Shown here piece after piece: positions 1-8,058 of a stretch of DNA of 64,000 nt (within the stretch, counting starts at the first letter, position 1; each line of letters begins with the position of its first letter). The notes beneath the pieces are model-generated. The model saw only the letters and a program-made list of their open reading frames with translations. It was not told where the DNA came from and did not search any database. A program made the translations under genes and the position numbers. Source of the stretch: a virus; IMG/VR virus record IMGVR_UViG_3300032086_003797, positions 1-64,000 of that record. One strand, 5' to 3'.

Positions 1-120
1 ACGGCGAAAGGATTTATTCTTATCGTTGTGCGGTTTTACCAGGAGGTTCAAGATTACACGAAGGAGGATATAAAGAATGAACAACATTGAGCATCAAGAT
101 GGTTATGCTTATGTGAGCCA

Positions 121-576
121 ATGAAAATACTAATCAGTTCTTGTGTGTATGGAGATGATGTAAGGTGGAACGGCACCAACCGTCGTGAAGATGACATCAA
201 AACCTGGGCAGAAAACAACGGCTTTGAATTAGTTCCAGTGTGTCCAGAGAACGAATTGTTCGGTACACCCAGAAAGGCCATCCGCTTGCGAGCAGTTGAC
301 GGCGAGATAAAAGGCTTTGCGGGCAAAAATGAAGTCTACGGACAACTAAAAGATAAATGCCAAGAAATCTCCGAAAGACACAAAGATGCAGTTGGGTTCA
401 TAGGAATCTCCAACTCTCCTTCTTGCGGTTTATCTACGGGTGTAAAAGACTTAGGTTCAACAATTAAAGCGCCAATGCACCAAAGCCTTGACTGCCCAAC
501 CACAGAAATCAGTTCTATGCGGAATGAAAAGAACAGGGAAGTGTTTCTTCGGAGAATCCAGTCCTACTTAAGATGA
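121..576 (+). CDS. DUF523 / TudS-like thiouracil desulfidase ([4Fe-4S])
   Basis: ILISSC..G..VRWNG, VCPE..LFGTPR and SPSCG motifs; three conserved Cys. Confidence 0.8.
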   Translation: MKILISSCVYGDDVRWNGTNRREDDIKTWAENNGFELVPVCPENELFGTPRKAIRLRAVDGEIKGFAGKNEVYGQLKDKCQEISERHKDAVGFIGISNSPSCGLSTGVKDLGSTIKAPMHQSLDCPTTEISSMRNEKNREVFLRRIQSYLR

Positions 577-587
577 GGGGTTTTATT

Positions 588-2618
588 ATGAAAAACAATC
601 TATTATTAATCTTATTTGCCTTTGGCGCTTGCACTGACCCAGTTGCAAAGCCATTGCCCGCAACAATTGACGCTGGCACAGATGTGCGAGATGTTGGAAC
701 AGATGCAGGAGCCAGAGATACTGGACCAGTCATCACACCGCCCGACCATTGCGAGCCAGGCTCCCGTGCCCCTGGTTGTCCCTGTGCTCCCACCGAAGAA
801 GCGATTGACTGCTATGATGGTTCACGAGAGTCTATGGGTGTGGGTATCTGCCATGCAGGTTCCCGCTATTGTATAGAATACACAGAAGGCTCCCAGTATT
901 ATGTTTGGAGTCGCTGCGAGGAACAGCAACTACCCAGAGCCACCGAGCGTTGCAATGGTCTAGACGACAATTGCGACGGACGAGTAGATGAAGGTGTGTT
1001 GAGTTCCTGCGGCAATTGTAATCCTCACTGCTACAACACAGGACAAGGACCATCTAGTGGGCAACCCTTCGACGAACCCAACGACGACAACGGCTCAGGT
1101 GTTGGTCTGGATGAAGATGGTAATCTTATTCTCAACAGGAATGAGGTAAGGTTTGAATATCTTTGGGTAGCAAATGCTGGCGAAGGCACCATCTCAAAGG
1201 TGGACACCCGTGAACTACGAGAGGCAGCCCGTTTTGATTCTGTTGGACCGAACAATGACGGCATCGCACCAGGCAGTCAAAACAGCCCAAGCCGAACAGG
1301 CATTGACTTGAACGGCGATATGTTTGTAGCCAACCGAGCCTTTGGTCGCCAACCTTCGGTAACAAAAATATATAATAGAGATTGCGCAGACAGAAATGGA
1401 AATGGTCGTGTAGAGACATCACAAGACCTTAATGGAAATAATGTTATTGACCGAGGCAACCCAAATGAGTTCCTGGGTCAGAACGATGAGTGTTATGCTT
1501 GGACGGAAGCCGTAGGAAGAAACGGCGGCACAGCCAGAGCATTAGCAATTGATGCGGGTGATGCTCAGAACCCCTACGGAAATGTGTGGGTTGGAATGTA
1601 TACTCACAGAGAGTTTTATGGTATCCAGGGAACTGATGGAACATTGATTCGCAGACCAGGCTTGCAGAATCCTGTGAGCATTGGGCACTCCCCTTATGGT
1701 GCGGTGGTAGATTCTAACGGCTATGTTTGGTCAGGCACATTGAGTGGCGGTACCATTGCTGGTTTTGACTCCCGTACTGGTAGAGCCTCTGGTGTAATCC
1801 GACCCCAAGGGGTGCCAGCCCGTTCTTATGGTTTCACGATGGACGGAGAAAACCGCCTGTGGGTTGGTGCTCAGTCTGATGGCGTAAACCGCTATGACCC
1901 TTATCGTGATGCTAATGGCAATCCAATCCAAGACCCGCTTGTTGGCGGTGGTGCATGGCGTCATTCTTCTTGCGGTGGTAATCGCTGCTATATGCGAGGA
2001 GCAGGTGCTGATGCTGAAGGACGTATCTGGTTTGCCGACAACACAACAGGAATGATTGGTTACCGAGTTAACACGATGCAACTCATTGGTCAGTTCAGTA
2101 TCGGCGGAGGCACAACAGGTGCTGGCGTTGACTTCAATGGCTTCATTTGGGGTGTTGCTTCTGGCGGGTACACAGGAAGAATAGATCCAAATAATCCGAA
2201 CGATGTAAGGAGAGTAACCGTAGGCTCAGGTCCCTACACCTACTCAGACTTTACGGGCTTTGGATTAAGAAACTTCACGGCTCCTCGTGGCGGATATAAG
2301 ATGATTGTTGAAGGTTGTGAGAAGCTTGACACCGACTGGATGACACTAGACGCTTCTACAACTTTACCACCAGATACCAGAGTAGAGTTCAGAATCAAGG
2401 TAGCAGAGACTAGAGATGAACTGGCTGACCCAGCACTCGCTGTCTTTGGTCCGTGGGTAAGTTCGGCTGATGGGCAAAACGAATTGCCAGCAGACCTAAA
2501 TGCCCTACCTCCTCATCGCTTTGCGGAAATAGAAATCTTTTTAGTGTCTACTGACCGAGAAGCCACACCAATCCTGCGAGGAGTTGACCTTCGCTTCCAG
2601 TGCCAAATAGAAGAATAA
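588..2618 (+). CDS. Lipoprotein with MopE-like Cys-rich motif and Vgb-like beta-propeller, myxobacterial style
   Basis: Lipobox FGAC after MKNNLLLILF; DAG linker; ERCNGLDDNCDGRVDE; repeated D..G..W blades; GAGGGG RBS before ATG 588. Confidence 0.7.
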   Translation: MKNNLLLILFAFGACTDPVAKPLPATIDAGTDVRDVGTDAGARDTGPVITPPDHCEPGSRAPGCPCAPTEEAIDCYDGSRESMGVGICHAGSRYCIEYTEGSQYYVWSRCEEQQLPRATERCNGLDDNCDGRVDEGVLSSCGNCNPHCYNTGQGPSSGQPFDEPNDDNGSGVGLDEDGNLILNRNEVRFEYLWVANAGEGTISKVDTRELREAARFDSVGPNNDGIAPGSQNSPSRTGIDLNGDMFVANRAFGRQPSVTKIYNRDCADRNGNGRVETSQDLNGNNVIDRGNPNEFLGQNDECYAWTEAVGRNGGTARALAIDAGDAQNPYGNVWVGMYTHREFYGIQGTDGTLIRRPGLQNPVSIGHSPYGAVVDSNGYVWSGTLSGGTIAGFDSRTGRASGVIRPQGVPARSYGFTMDGENRLWVGAQSDGVNRYDPYRDANGNPIQDPLVGGGAWRHSSCGGNRCYMRGAGADAEGRIWFADNTTGMIGYRVNTMQLIGQFSIGGGTTGAGVDFNGFIWGVASGGYTGRIDPNNPNDVRRVTVGSGPYTYSDFTGFGLRNFTAPRGGYKMIVEGCEKLDTDWMTLDASTTLPPDTRVEFRIKVAETRDELADPALAVFGPWVSSADGQNELPADLNALPPHRFAEIEIFLVSTDREATPILRGVDLRFQCQIEE

Positions 2619-2643
2619 AATATATAGATCTTTGGGATGATCA

Positions 2644-2853
2644 ATGAAATATAAAGTAAAGCCAGGTGATTTAGTGCAGAGCAACATTTTCAACAAGAAG
2701 GGTTCTGGTTCATATGGACTTGTTATGGGTCCATACGGAATCCCAGGATACTGGAGTGTAAAGTGGTGTGATAGTGATTGGGAGCTTAGTGAACAAATAG
2801 TGGGAATCTATGAAGTTCACGAAAAAGACATCGTAGTGGTGTCTAGAGCATGA
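2644..2853 (+). CDS. Small GDLV-family (SH3/KOW-like) protein
   Basis: KPGDLV...GLV...VKW...DIVVV pattern. Confidence 0.65.
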   Translation: MKYKVKPGDLVQSNIFNKKGSGSYGLVMGPYGIPGYWSVKWCDSDWELSEQIVGIYEVHEKDIVVVSRA

Positions 2854-3059
2854 GAGATGGAGATCTGGTCAGATATAGAATATGTACTTGGCATGTTGAG
2901 CCTAAAAAATATACTGACTGGCAGATGGGTCTTCTCTTGAAATATGATAAGCTAATGAAGATTGCAGAAATAATAAGCCCTAATGGTGACCTAGTACGAG
3001 TTCGAGCCGCCGACGTTCAGCTTGTTCAGCGATCAAAAACAAAAAAGAAATTTACTTGA
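2850..3059 (+). CDS. Small GDLV-family protein
   Basis: MRDGDLV start; ATGA overlap with the previous gene. Confidence 0.65.
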   Translation: MRDGDLVRYRICTWHVEPKKYTDWQMGLLLKYDKLMKIAEIISPNGDLVRVRAADVQLVQRSKTKKKFT

Positions 3060-3096
3060 CATACAGCTTATCCGTGCTATTATAAATTGTAAGGAG
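3056..3096 (+). promoter_or_regulatory. Sigma70-like early promoter, copy 1 of a repeated element
   Basis: TTGACA-16-TATTAT with extended -10 TG, followed by AAATTGTAAGGAG. Confidence 0.75.
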
Positions 3097-3103
3097 ATAA
3101 GTT

Positions 3104-3355
3104 GTGTTGTCAGACATGCTTCGTAAAAAAATCAAACTGGTAGGTAAGTCACGTCACGGTAAAAACCGTGTTCGTGAGCAAGGCGCTCTGTGGCGTGTTG
3201 TTGGCGAATCTTTGAAGGTACACTTCAAGTCAAGCGCCCCAGGACCATTCCTTCTGCTTGAGTCGGAAGAGAATGAGGGACCACATGGTTTCCATGCTCG
3301 TTGGGTTAGCCTTCGAGATGACCCTGACTTTTCAGTAGAGGTTATTGGTGAATAA
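3104..3355 (+). CDS. Small hypothetical protein
   Basis: ORF after the promoter and AAGGAG RBS; exact start uncertain. Confidence 0.6.
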   Translation: MLSDMLRKKIKLVGKSRHGKNRVREQGALWRVVGESLKVHFKSSAPGPFLLLESEENEGPHGFHARWVSLRDDPDFSVEVIGE

Positions 3356-3557
3356 GAACGAGTGGCGTAAAAGCCTAAAGGCTGGCGACCTCGTGATGAT
3401 GAAGTCTGGGGGGATGGCTCTCCTTACAGAGGTGTTCTTTCGGTTTCCCGAGACGGACCCAGCCTATCCCCATATCAAGATGATCTATTGTGATGACAAC
3501 TCATTAGGCAGTTGCAGTGCATGGAGAGTAAAGGAGTTAGTCAATGCAGGTCGGTGA
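3345..3557 (+). CDS. Small GDLV-family protein
   Basis: LKAGDLVMMKSGG; ends ELVNAGR. Confidence 0.65.
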   Translation: MVNKNEWRKSLKAGDLVMMKSGGMALLTEVFFRFPETDPAYPHIKMIYCDDNSLGSCSAWRVKELVNAGR

Positions 3558-3708
3558 TTTAGTAAAACACAGGTTCACTAGAGAATTACATCTCGTAGTT
3601 GAGGTAAGGAAAATCAAAGGAAAGGTGGGATATGTTCACTTGTCCGATCATAATCCTCAACAAGTCTTCTACCCAAGCGATTTGGAGGTGCTCAGTGAAG
3701 CCAGGTGA
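3544..3708 (+). CDS. Small GDLV-family protein (54 aa, not in ORF track)
   Basis: Translated by hand: MQVGDLVKHRF...LEVLSEAR; AGGAG RBS. Confidence 0.7.
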   Translation: MQVGDLVKHRFTRELHLVVEVRKIKGKVGYVHLSDHNPQQVFYPSDLEVLSEAR

Positions 3709-3898
3709 TTTGGTTCAGCCTGATTTCCAATCAGAGGTTGTGGCAAAGTGGGGCTCAGCGCCCGACCAGCTTGGGTTGGTTTTGTCATATCCTGAAGTCA
3801 AGAACCACGGAACAACTTGTGTAAAGGTTAGCTGGCTCGGTTGGGATTTAGAAGAATACTATTCTGTTCATCATTTAGTGATGGTCAATGAATCCTAA
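3695..3898 (+). CDS. Small GDLV-family protein
   Basis: GTG start MKPGDLV after GGAGG. Confidence 0.7.
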   Translation: MKPGDLVQPDFQSEVVAKWGSAPDQLGLVLSYPEVKNHGTTCVKVSWLGWDLEEYYSVHHLVMVNES

Positions 3899-4103
3899 GT
3901 TTTGGTTTAATCTTGGCGACCTCGTATCATTTACATCTCGCCGCTTAACCGAGGATTATATTGATGATCATGTCCTGACTGGCATTGTAATCGCCCAGCG
4001 TTTTATGTTTACTGCCGATAATAAGTTCTTAGTTAAAACTCCAGAAAAAGATTACTGGGTTTCGAGACCTGCCCTAACTTTAATTTCCAGAGCAAATAAA
4101 TAA
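3888..4103 (+). CDS. Small GDLV-family protein
   Basis: FNLGDLV...GIVI. Confidence 0.65.
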   Translation: MNPKFWFNLGDLVSFTSRRLTEDYIDDHVLTGIVIAQRFMFTADNKFLVKTPEKDYWVSRPALTLISRANK

Positions 4104-4112
4104 TATATTTTA

Positions 4113-4153
4113 TTGACAAACACTCTATCCATGGTATTATAAATTGTAAGGAG
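4113..4153 (+). promoter_or_regulatory. Sigma70-like early promoter, copy 2
   Basis: TTGACA-16-TATTAT, TG extension, same AAATTGTAAGGAG leader as the copy at 3056. Confidence 0.75.
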
Positions 4154-4156
4154 AGA

Positions 4157-4351
4157 GTGATGAGTGGTGATTTCAATATGTTTCATGGTGAGCGTGTCAA
4201 ATACAAAGGGCAACACCCGCTTTTGCAAGACCAAAAAGGTAAAGTTGTTGGCGGCGATATGCACGAGTTCGTTATCAAATGGGATAACTTGGAAGTTCCA
4301 AGAGCACACAGCCCGTACAATATTGTGTGGCTAGTGGATAGTGGGGAATGA
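4157..4351 (+). CDS. Small SH3-like protein
   Basis: GERVKY..GKVV..VIKW. Confidence 0.6.
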   Translation: MMSGDFNMFHGERVKYKGQHPLLQDQKGKVVGGDMHEFVIKWDNLEVPRAHSPYNIVWLVDSGE

Positions 4352-4533
4352 TGATATCATCAGCGGGTCACGGCGTTGGCGCTCTAGTCAACTTTGAGTT
4401 CAAGATGAGCAAAGAGTTGGGTATGATTGTGCGTCAAAGCAAAGGATACTATTGGATGGTCAAGCGTCTCAGTGACGGTCAGAACCTACTAATCCTTGAG
4501 CGAGACATGGAGGTGGTCAGTGAAGCAAGGTGA
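4348..4533 (+). CDS. Small GDLV-like protein
   Basis: VGALV...GMIV...MEVVSEAR. Confidence 0.6.
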   Translation: MMISSAGHGVGALVNFEFKMSKELGMIVRQSKGYYWMVKRLSDGQNLLILERDMEVVSEAR

Positions 4534-4699
4534 TTTGGTAAAATATGACCACCCTTCCAACCCCATGCTCGGGCTGGTCAAGTCTGTGAAGCCCGACCGC
4601 ACATGGGGTAAAATTAGTGTGCTTGTCCAGTGGTGTAATAATAGCAACACTGAAGAATGTGTTTGGCAAGAAGATTTGAAAGTGGTGAGTGGTCAATGA
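4520..4699 (+). CDS. Small GDLV-family protein
   Basis: GTG start MKQGDLV after GGAGG. Confidence 0.7.
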   Translation: MKQGDLVKYDHPSNPMLGLVKSVKPDRTWGKISVLVQWCNNSNTEECVWQEDLKVVSGQ

Positions 4700-4854
4700 A
4701 AGAAGGTGATCTGGTTCGGCACCTTGAGGATAACCAACTGGGCGTTGTTGTTCTCGCTTGGGGTGTTATGGATGTTGTAGAGGTGCTCTGGGACGACGGG
4801 GAAACCAGGGGTCAGAACACCTGCGAGTTGGAGTTACTCAATGAAGCCAGGTGA
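4696..4854 (+). CDS. Small GDLV-family protein
   Basis: MKEGDLVRH...VEVLWDDG...LELLNEAR. Confidence 0.7.
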   Translation: MKEGDLVRHLEDNQLGVVVLAWGVMDVVEVLWDDGETRGQNTCELELLNEAR

Positions 4855-5002
4855 TTTGGTAAAACGACAACAAGGCTGGATGGGCTGGGAGAAACAGCAA
4901 CTTGGAGTTGTAGTCTGGGTAGACCGAGCAGTTGTCAAGGTTCTGTGGTCTGACGACTATGGTAGTTTTGCTCATCCTATTACCTCACTGGAAGTGATTT
5001 AA
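4841..5002 (+). CDS. Small GDLV-family protein (53 aa, not in ORF track)
   Basis: MKPGDLVKR...GVVV...VKVLWSD...LEVI. Confidence 0.7.
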   Translation: MKPGDLVKRQQGWMGWEKQQLGVVVWVDRAVVKVLWSDDYGSFAHPITSLEVI

Positions 5003-5178
5003 TGAAGGTCGGAACACTAGTTCAGTTCACAGCCTACAATGTAAGTCTGGGCATTGGCATTGTCCTTCGCCACGATGACGAAAAGCCAGATTATATGTGG
5101 GTCTCAAATGAAAAGTTGGGTCCCCAGTTCGTACCCAAGAATTGTACGATGTTGGAGGTGTTGAATGAAGCCAGGTGA
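5002..5178 (+). CDS. Small GDLV-like protein (58 aa, not in ORF track)
   Basis: MKVGTLVQF...GIV...LEVLNEAR; TAATG coupling. Confidence 0.7.
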   Translation: MKVGTLVQFTAYNVSLGIGIVLRHDDEKPDYMWVSNEKLGPQFVPKNCTMLEVLNEAR

Positions 5179-5362
5179 TTTAGTTCGGATCAGGAAGTCA
5201 GCGATCACTGCTTGGTCCACGCTATGGTTCATTGATCTTGCTGAACGCAAAGCGCCACTGCTTGTAATGGAAGAACTTAATAAGAGCCACTGGAAAGTAA
5301 TGAGACCCAATGGAACTACTTTCTTTGTTGAAGAACAAAACCTAACTAAGAGGATGTGGTAA
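5165..5362 (+). CDS. Small GDLV-family protein
   Basis: MKPGDLVRI after GGAGG. Confidence 0.7.
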   Translation: MKPGDLVRIRKSAITAWSTLWFIDLAERKAPLLVMEELNKSHWKVMRPNGTTFFVEEQNLTKRMW

Positions 5363-5559
5363 TGGAGCCGACTTATGTTAATTACAGAGTAGGTGATCTG
5401 GTAGTTAATCCTACAAGTGGAGTTATTGGCGTGATTACAAGTCATAATTATTGGGCGGAGGATGAATATCTTGGCACCGAAGAAGAAGTTGTTGACGTCA
5501 TGTTTGGCGGACACATCTCAAAACAATATCCAGTAAGATATATTAATAAAGTACGATGA
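5362..5559 (+). CDS. Small GDLV-family protein
   Basis: YRVGDLV...GVI; TAATG coupling. Confidence 0.65.
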   Translation: MEPTYVNYRVGDLVVNPTSGVIGVITSHNYWAEDEYLGTEEEVVDVMFGGHISKQYPVRYINKVR

Positions 5560-5792
5560 AAAAAGAAACCTACAATACTCGACTGAAAACAAACCCCGAG
5601 AACATTCCTATCGGTAGTTTGCTTCGGGTCAAAAAACATTGTCGGAATAATGTTACTATTCGCCAGAATGGCGAGTATGGTCTTTTGGCACCAAGCATTA
5701 ATGGGAAGTATATTACACATGATGTTGTATTTCCCAATGGAACCCGATGTATTTTTATGCCCTTGAACTGGGAGGTGATTAGTTATGCATAG
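5556..5792 (+). CDS. Small SH3-like protein
   Basis: IGSLLRV...WEVIS; ATGA overlap. Confidence 0.6.
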   Translation: MKKETYNTRLKTNPENIPIGSLLRVKKHCRNNVTIRQNGEYGLLAPSINGKYITHDVVFPNGTRCIFMPLNWEVISYA

Positions 5793-6009
5793 GATAGAAA
5801 AAATACAGCAGCCTGGAACCCTTTTGCGATCCCGTTGGGGCAGCAACTATGGTAAGTTAGCCTTAGTCCTTGCTGAATCTTACGCTGGTCCGAGACCAAG
5901 TAATGGATACCCACCTCGCCGCTGGGTGAAAATGCAGTGGTGCTCAACTGGCGAAGTGTTTGAAGAATCGTTAGTAAATGTGAATAATTGTTGGCGTATT
6001 GTAGAATAG
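5785..6009 (+). CDS. Small SH3-like protein
   Basis: PGTLL...VKMQW; GGAGG RBS. Confidence 0.6.
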   Translation: MHRIEKIQQPGTLLRSRWGSNYGKLALVLAESYAGPRPSNGYPPRRWVKMQWCSTGEVFEESLVNVNNCWRIVE

Positions 6010-6039
6010 TGTGTTATACTATTAGTGTGAGGAGGTTCT

Positions 6040-6243
6040 ATGGCGATCATGCCAAAGTTCAAGCCAGGTCAGTTAGTAGAGTATTATGTCAACGATGACT
6101 GTACTATGATGGGTCTAGTCAAGACCACTCGTGCAGCACCACGCCGTGGCACGCCAGCGTTTGTTCTGGTCGAGTGGTGTGGCGATCATGATCAAAAAGA
6201 AGAATATGTTCCACAGTCAAAACTAAGATTGGTAGAAGACTAA
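6040..6243 (+). CDS. Small GDLV-like protein
   Basis: FKPGQLV...GLV...VLVEW...LRLV; extended -10 (TGtTATACT at 6012-6020) and GGAGG upstream. Confidence 0.65.
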   Translation: MAIMPKFKPGQLVEYYVNDDCTMMGLVKTTRAAPRRGTPAFVLVEWCGDHDQKEEYVPQSKLRLVED

Positions 6244-6755
6244 TGAATATTTTTGCTATCGAAGGCGATGAAGAGACAGGACAGATTGACTGGGAGAAGT
6301 CAGCACAGTCGCAGGACAACTTGCGTGTGGTCAAGATGATCCTAGAGTCTTGTCAGATTATGTCCACCGTTATCAACGAGCAGGGTCTCAAGGCTCCTTA
6401 CCGCTCATTCAATCCCAAGCACCCGTCGTGCCTGTGGGCTGCGGAGTCAGCAAGTAACTATATGAATCTTGCTTTACACTGCCAGGCAATGATCGACGAG
6501 TACGAGCATCGGTTCAACAAGACTCACAAGTGTCAAGCAATTCTTCAGACACTTATCGAAATGTTTGACCCAGGGTTGTTCCCCACTACGGAGTGTACCC
6601 CGCTCCGCCTGGCAATGCCTGACGAGTTTCGATCCGACAATCCTGTCGTGTCTTACCGCAAGTTCTATGCTTCCAAGCCACGCTTACGATACCCAGCAGA
6701 CAAGATTCCATCTTGGGTATATGAATACCGCACAGAACCATTCGAGGTAGTCTAA
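6243..6755 (+). CDS. Pyrimidine-dimer DNA glycosylase / endonuclease V-like protein
   Basis: MNIF...VVKMILESCQIMST...KHPSCLWA...AMPDEF...YRKFY. Confidence 0.7.
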   Translation: MNIFAIEGDEETGQIDWEKSAQSQDNLRVVKMILESCQIMSTVINEQGLKAPYRSFNPKHPSCLWAAESASNYMNLALHCQAMIDEYEHRFNKTHKCQAILQTLIEMFDPGLFPTTECTPLRLAMPDEFRSDNPVVSYRKFYASKPRLRYPADKIPSWVYEYRTEPFEVV

Positions 6756-6769
6756 ACTTTTACTCTTGC

Positions 6770-6778
6770 ACTATTTAT
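6770..6778 (+). promoter_or_regulatory. Putative late promoter ACTATTTAT
   Basis: Recurrent motif at the start of virion operons. Confidence 0.6.
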
Positions 6779-6799
6779 TCCTACTGGAGGCATAATAAG

Positions 6800-6985
6800 A
6801 TGCAAGAAAAATTAGACAAAGTATTAGGTAAATGGGCTTCACGCAAATTGATTGTTTGGGGCACAGCAACTGCCTTTTTAGGATTTGGCATGTTAGCCAG
6901 CGATGATTGGGTTGCCGTATCGTTAGCTTACATTGGATTGCAAGGCGCTGCCGACATAGCGTCCAAATGGAAGCATGGTAAATAA
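6800..6985 (+). CDS. Small two-TM membrane protein, holin-like
   Basis: SRK motif followed by two hydrophobic segments; 61 aa. Confidence 0.45.
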   Translation: MQEKLDKVLGKWASRKLIVWGTATAFLGFGMLASDDWVAVSLAYIGLQGAADIASKWKHGK

Positions 6986-7292
6986 GCTAAAGTATTGGTT
7001 TCAGAAAACTGGGTGGAAAGTAGTTATAGCGGTTGTTACAGCCGCTGCTATTTGTTTGTACCTCTATAAGCTAGTTAAGCCAGCAAATAAAATGACACAA
7101 GCCGCTGATCAAATAATAGAAAAGGCGCAAGTTCAAGCTGAAATCGCAACGATCAAAGGCGAATTAGAAAAAGATAAGATTGGCGCAGTCAAAAAAATAT
7201 TCCAAACAAAGCTTAACAAAAATAAAGAAATAGTAGATACTAAGGAAAGACTAAGCGATTTGATTCGTTTAAGAGAAAGTTTAGATTTATGA
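6975..7292 (+). CDS. N-anchored coiled-coil membrane protein (i-spanin-like?)
   Basis: Single N-terminal TM and helical C-terminal region. Confidence 0.4.
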   Translation: MVNKLKYWFQKTGWKVVIAVVTAAAICLYLYKLVKPANKMTQAADQIIEKAQVQAEIATIKGELEKDKIGAVKKIFQTKLNKNKEIVDTKERLSDLIRLRESLDL

Positions 7293-7654
7293 TCGCACTA
7301 TTATTACTACTACCACTTTTGGCGGCACCAGTGTCAGAATTTAGAGACGTGCCAGTCATAACTGAAGTAGAAGGACAAGAGCACGTTGGCATCTTGGTTA
7401 GCGAAAACAATTATAGAAAGTTCCTACAACTCAAAATTGAAACTGACGCTAAGATTGCTGAATGCAGTATAGATAAGCGGGTATGCACGCAGGTTCGTGA
7501 TGGTTATTTAGTAGCTATCAAGGACCTTAAAAAGGTGCTCGACAAAAGGGATACTTGGTTTATGAGAAACCGAGGAGCCTTGGGCATGGTGACTGGTTTA
7601 CTAATAGGGACAGGACTATCTGTAGGAATAGTTCATGCAGTTTATCAGAAATGA
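7289..7654 (+). CDS. Signal peptide plus C-terminal TM protein
   Basis: Hydrophobic N-terminus; GxxxG-rich C-terminal TM. Confidence 0.5.
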   Translation: MIALLLLLPLLAAPVSEFRDVPVITEVEGQEHVGILVSENNYRKFLQLKIETDAKIAECSIDKRVCTQVRDGYLVAIKDLKKVLDKRDTWFMRNRGALGMVTGLLIGTGLSVGIVHAVYQK

Positions 7655-8058
7655 AAAAAGATTACGATCACATTGCTGCTGTTGAAAAAGCCATATCAGA
7701 AAAGTATGGTAAAGATACAGCCCAGGACATCCGTGGTGACTGGTCAGAGCAGAAAGAAAAAGAATACTTAGAGCAGATTAAGCTCATGACTAAAAAGTCA
7801 GACGCACACAAGAAGACTACTACTCAAATAGCGGAGAACACTTTTATATCTACAAAGGCGACACAACACAAGCAGAATAACATATGCCCAGTGTGCAAAA
7901 CATATTCGTTTTCCATAAAAGACGACCTATATATGAATAGATTTTCTTGTTGCCATGATTGCTATATTGATTTTGTGGTTGATCGAGAAGATCGATGGAA
8001 AGATGGCTGGCGTCCTGATGAGGACAGAATTGAACACGCTATGTATAGGAGAAAATAA
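7651..8058 (+). CDS. Hypothetical protein with Zn-binding CxxC motifs
   Basis: CPVC...CCHDC; ATGA overlap start at 7651. Confidence 0.55.
   Translation: MKKDYDHIAAVEKAISEKYGKDTAQDIRGDWSEQKEKEYLEQIKLMTKKSDAHKKTTTQIAENTFISTKATQHKQNNICPVCKTYSFSIKDDLYMNRFSCCHDCYIDFVVDREDRWKDGWRPDEDRIEHAMYRRK

Larger units (their letters stand above)
3532..5184 (+). repeat. Dispersed ~32-bp gene-junction repeat (TGGAGGTG-N4-RTGAAGCCAGGTGATTTRGT)
   Basis: Near-identical copies at 3683-3714, 4508-4539, 4829-4860 and 5153-5184; diverged copy at 3532-3563. Confidence 0.85.

Noticed and set aside
3532-5184. CRISPR array or integron attC sites at the junction repeats
   Set aside because: The repeats are coding, irregularly spaced (about 150-825 bp) and non-palindromic, and no cas or integrase gene is seen
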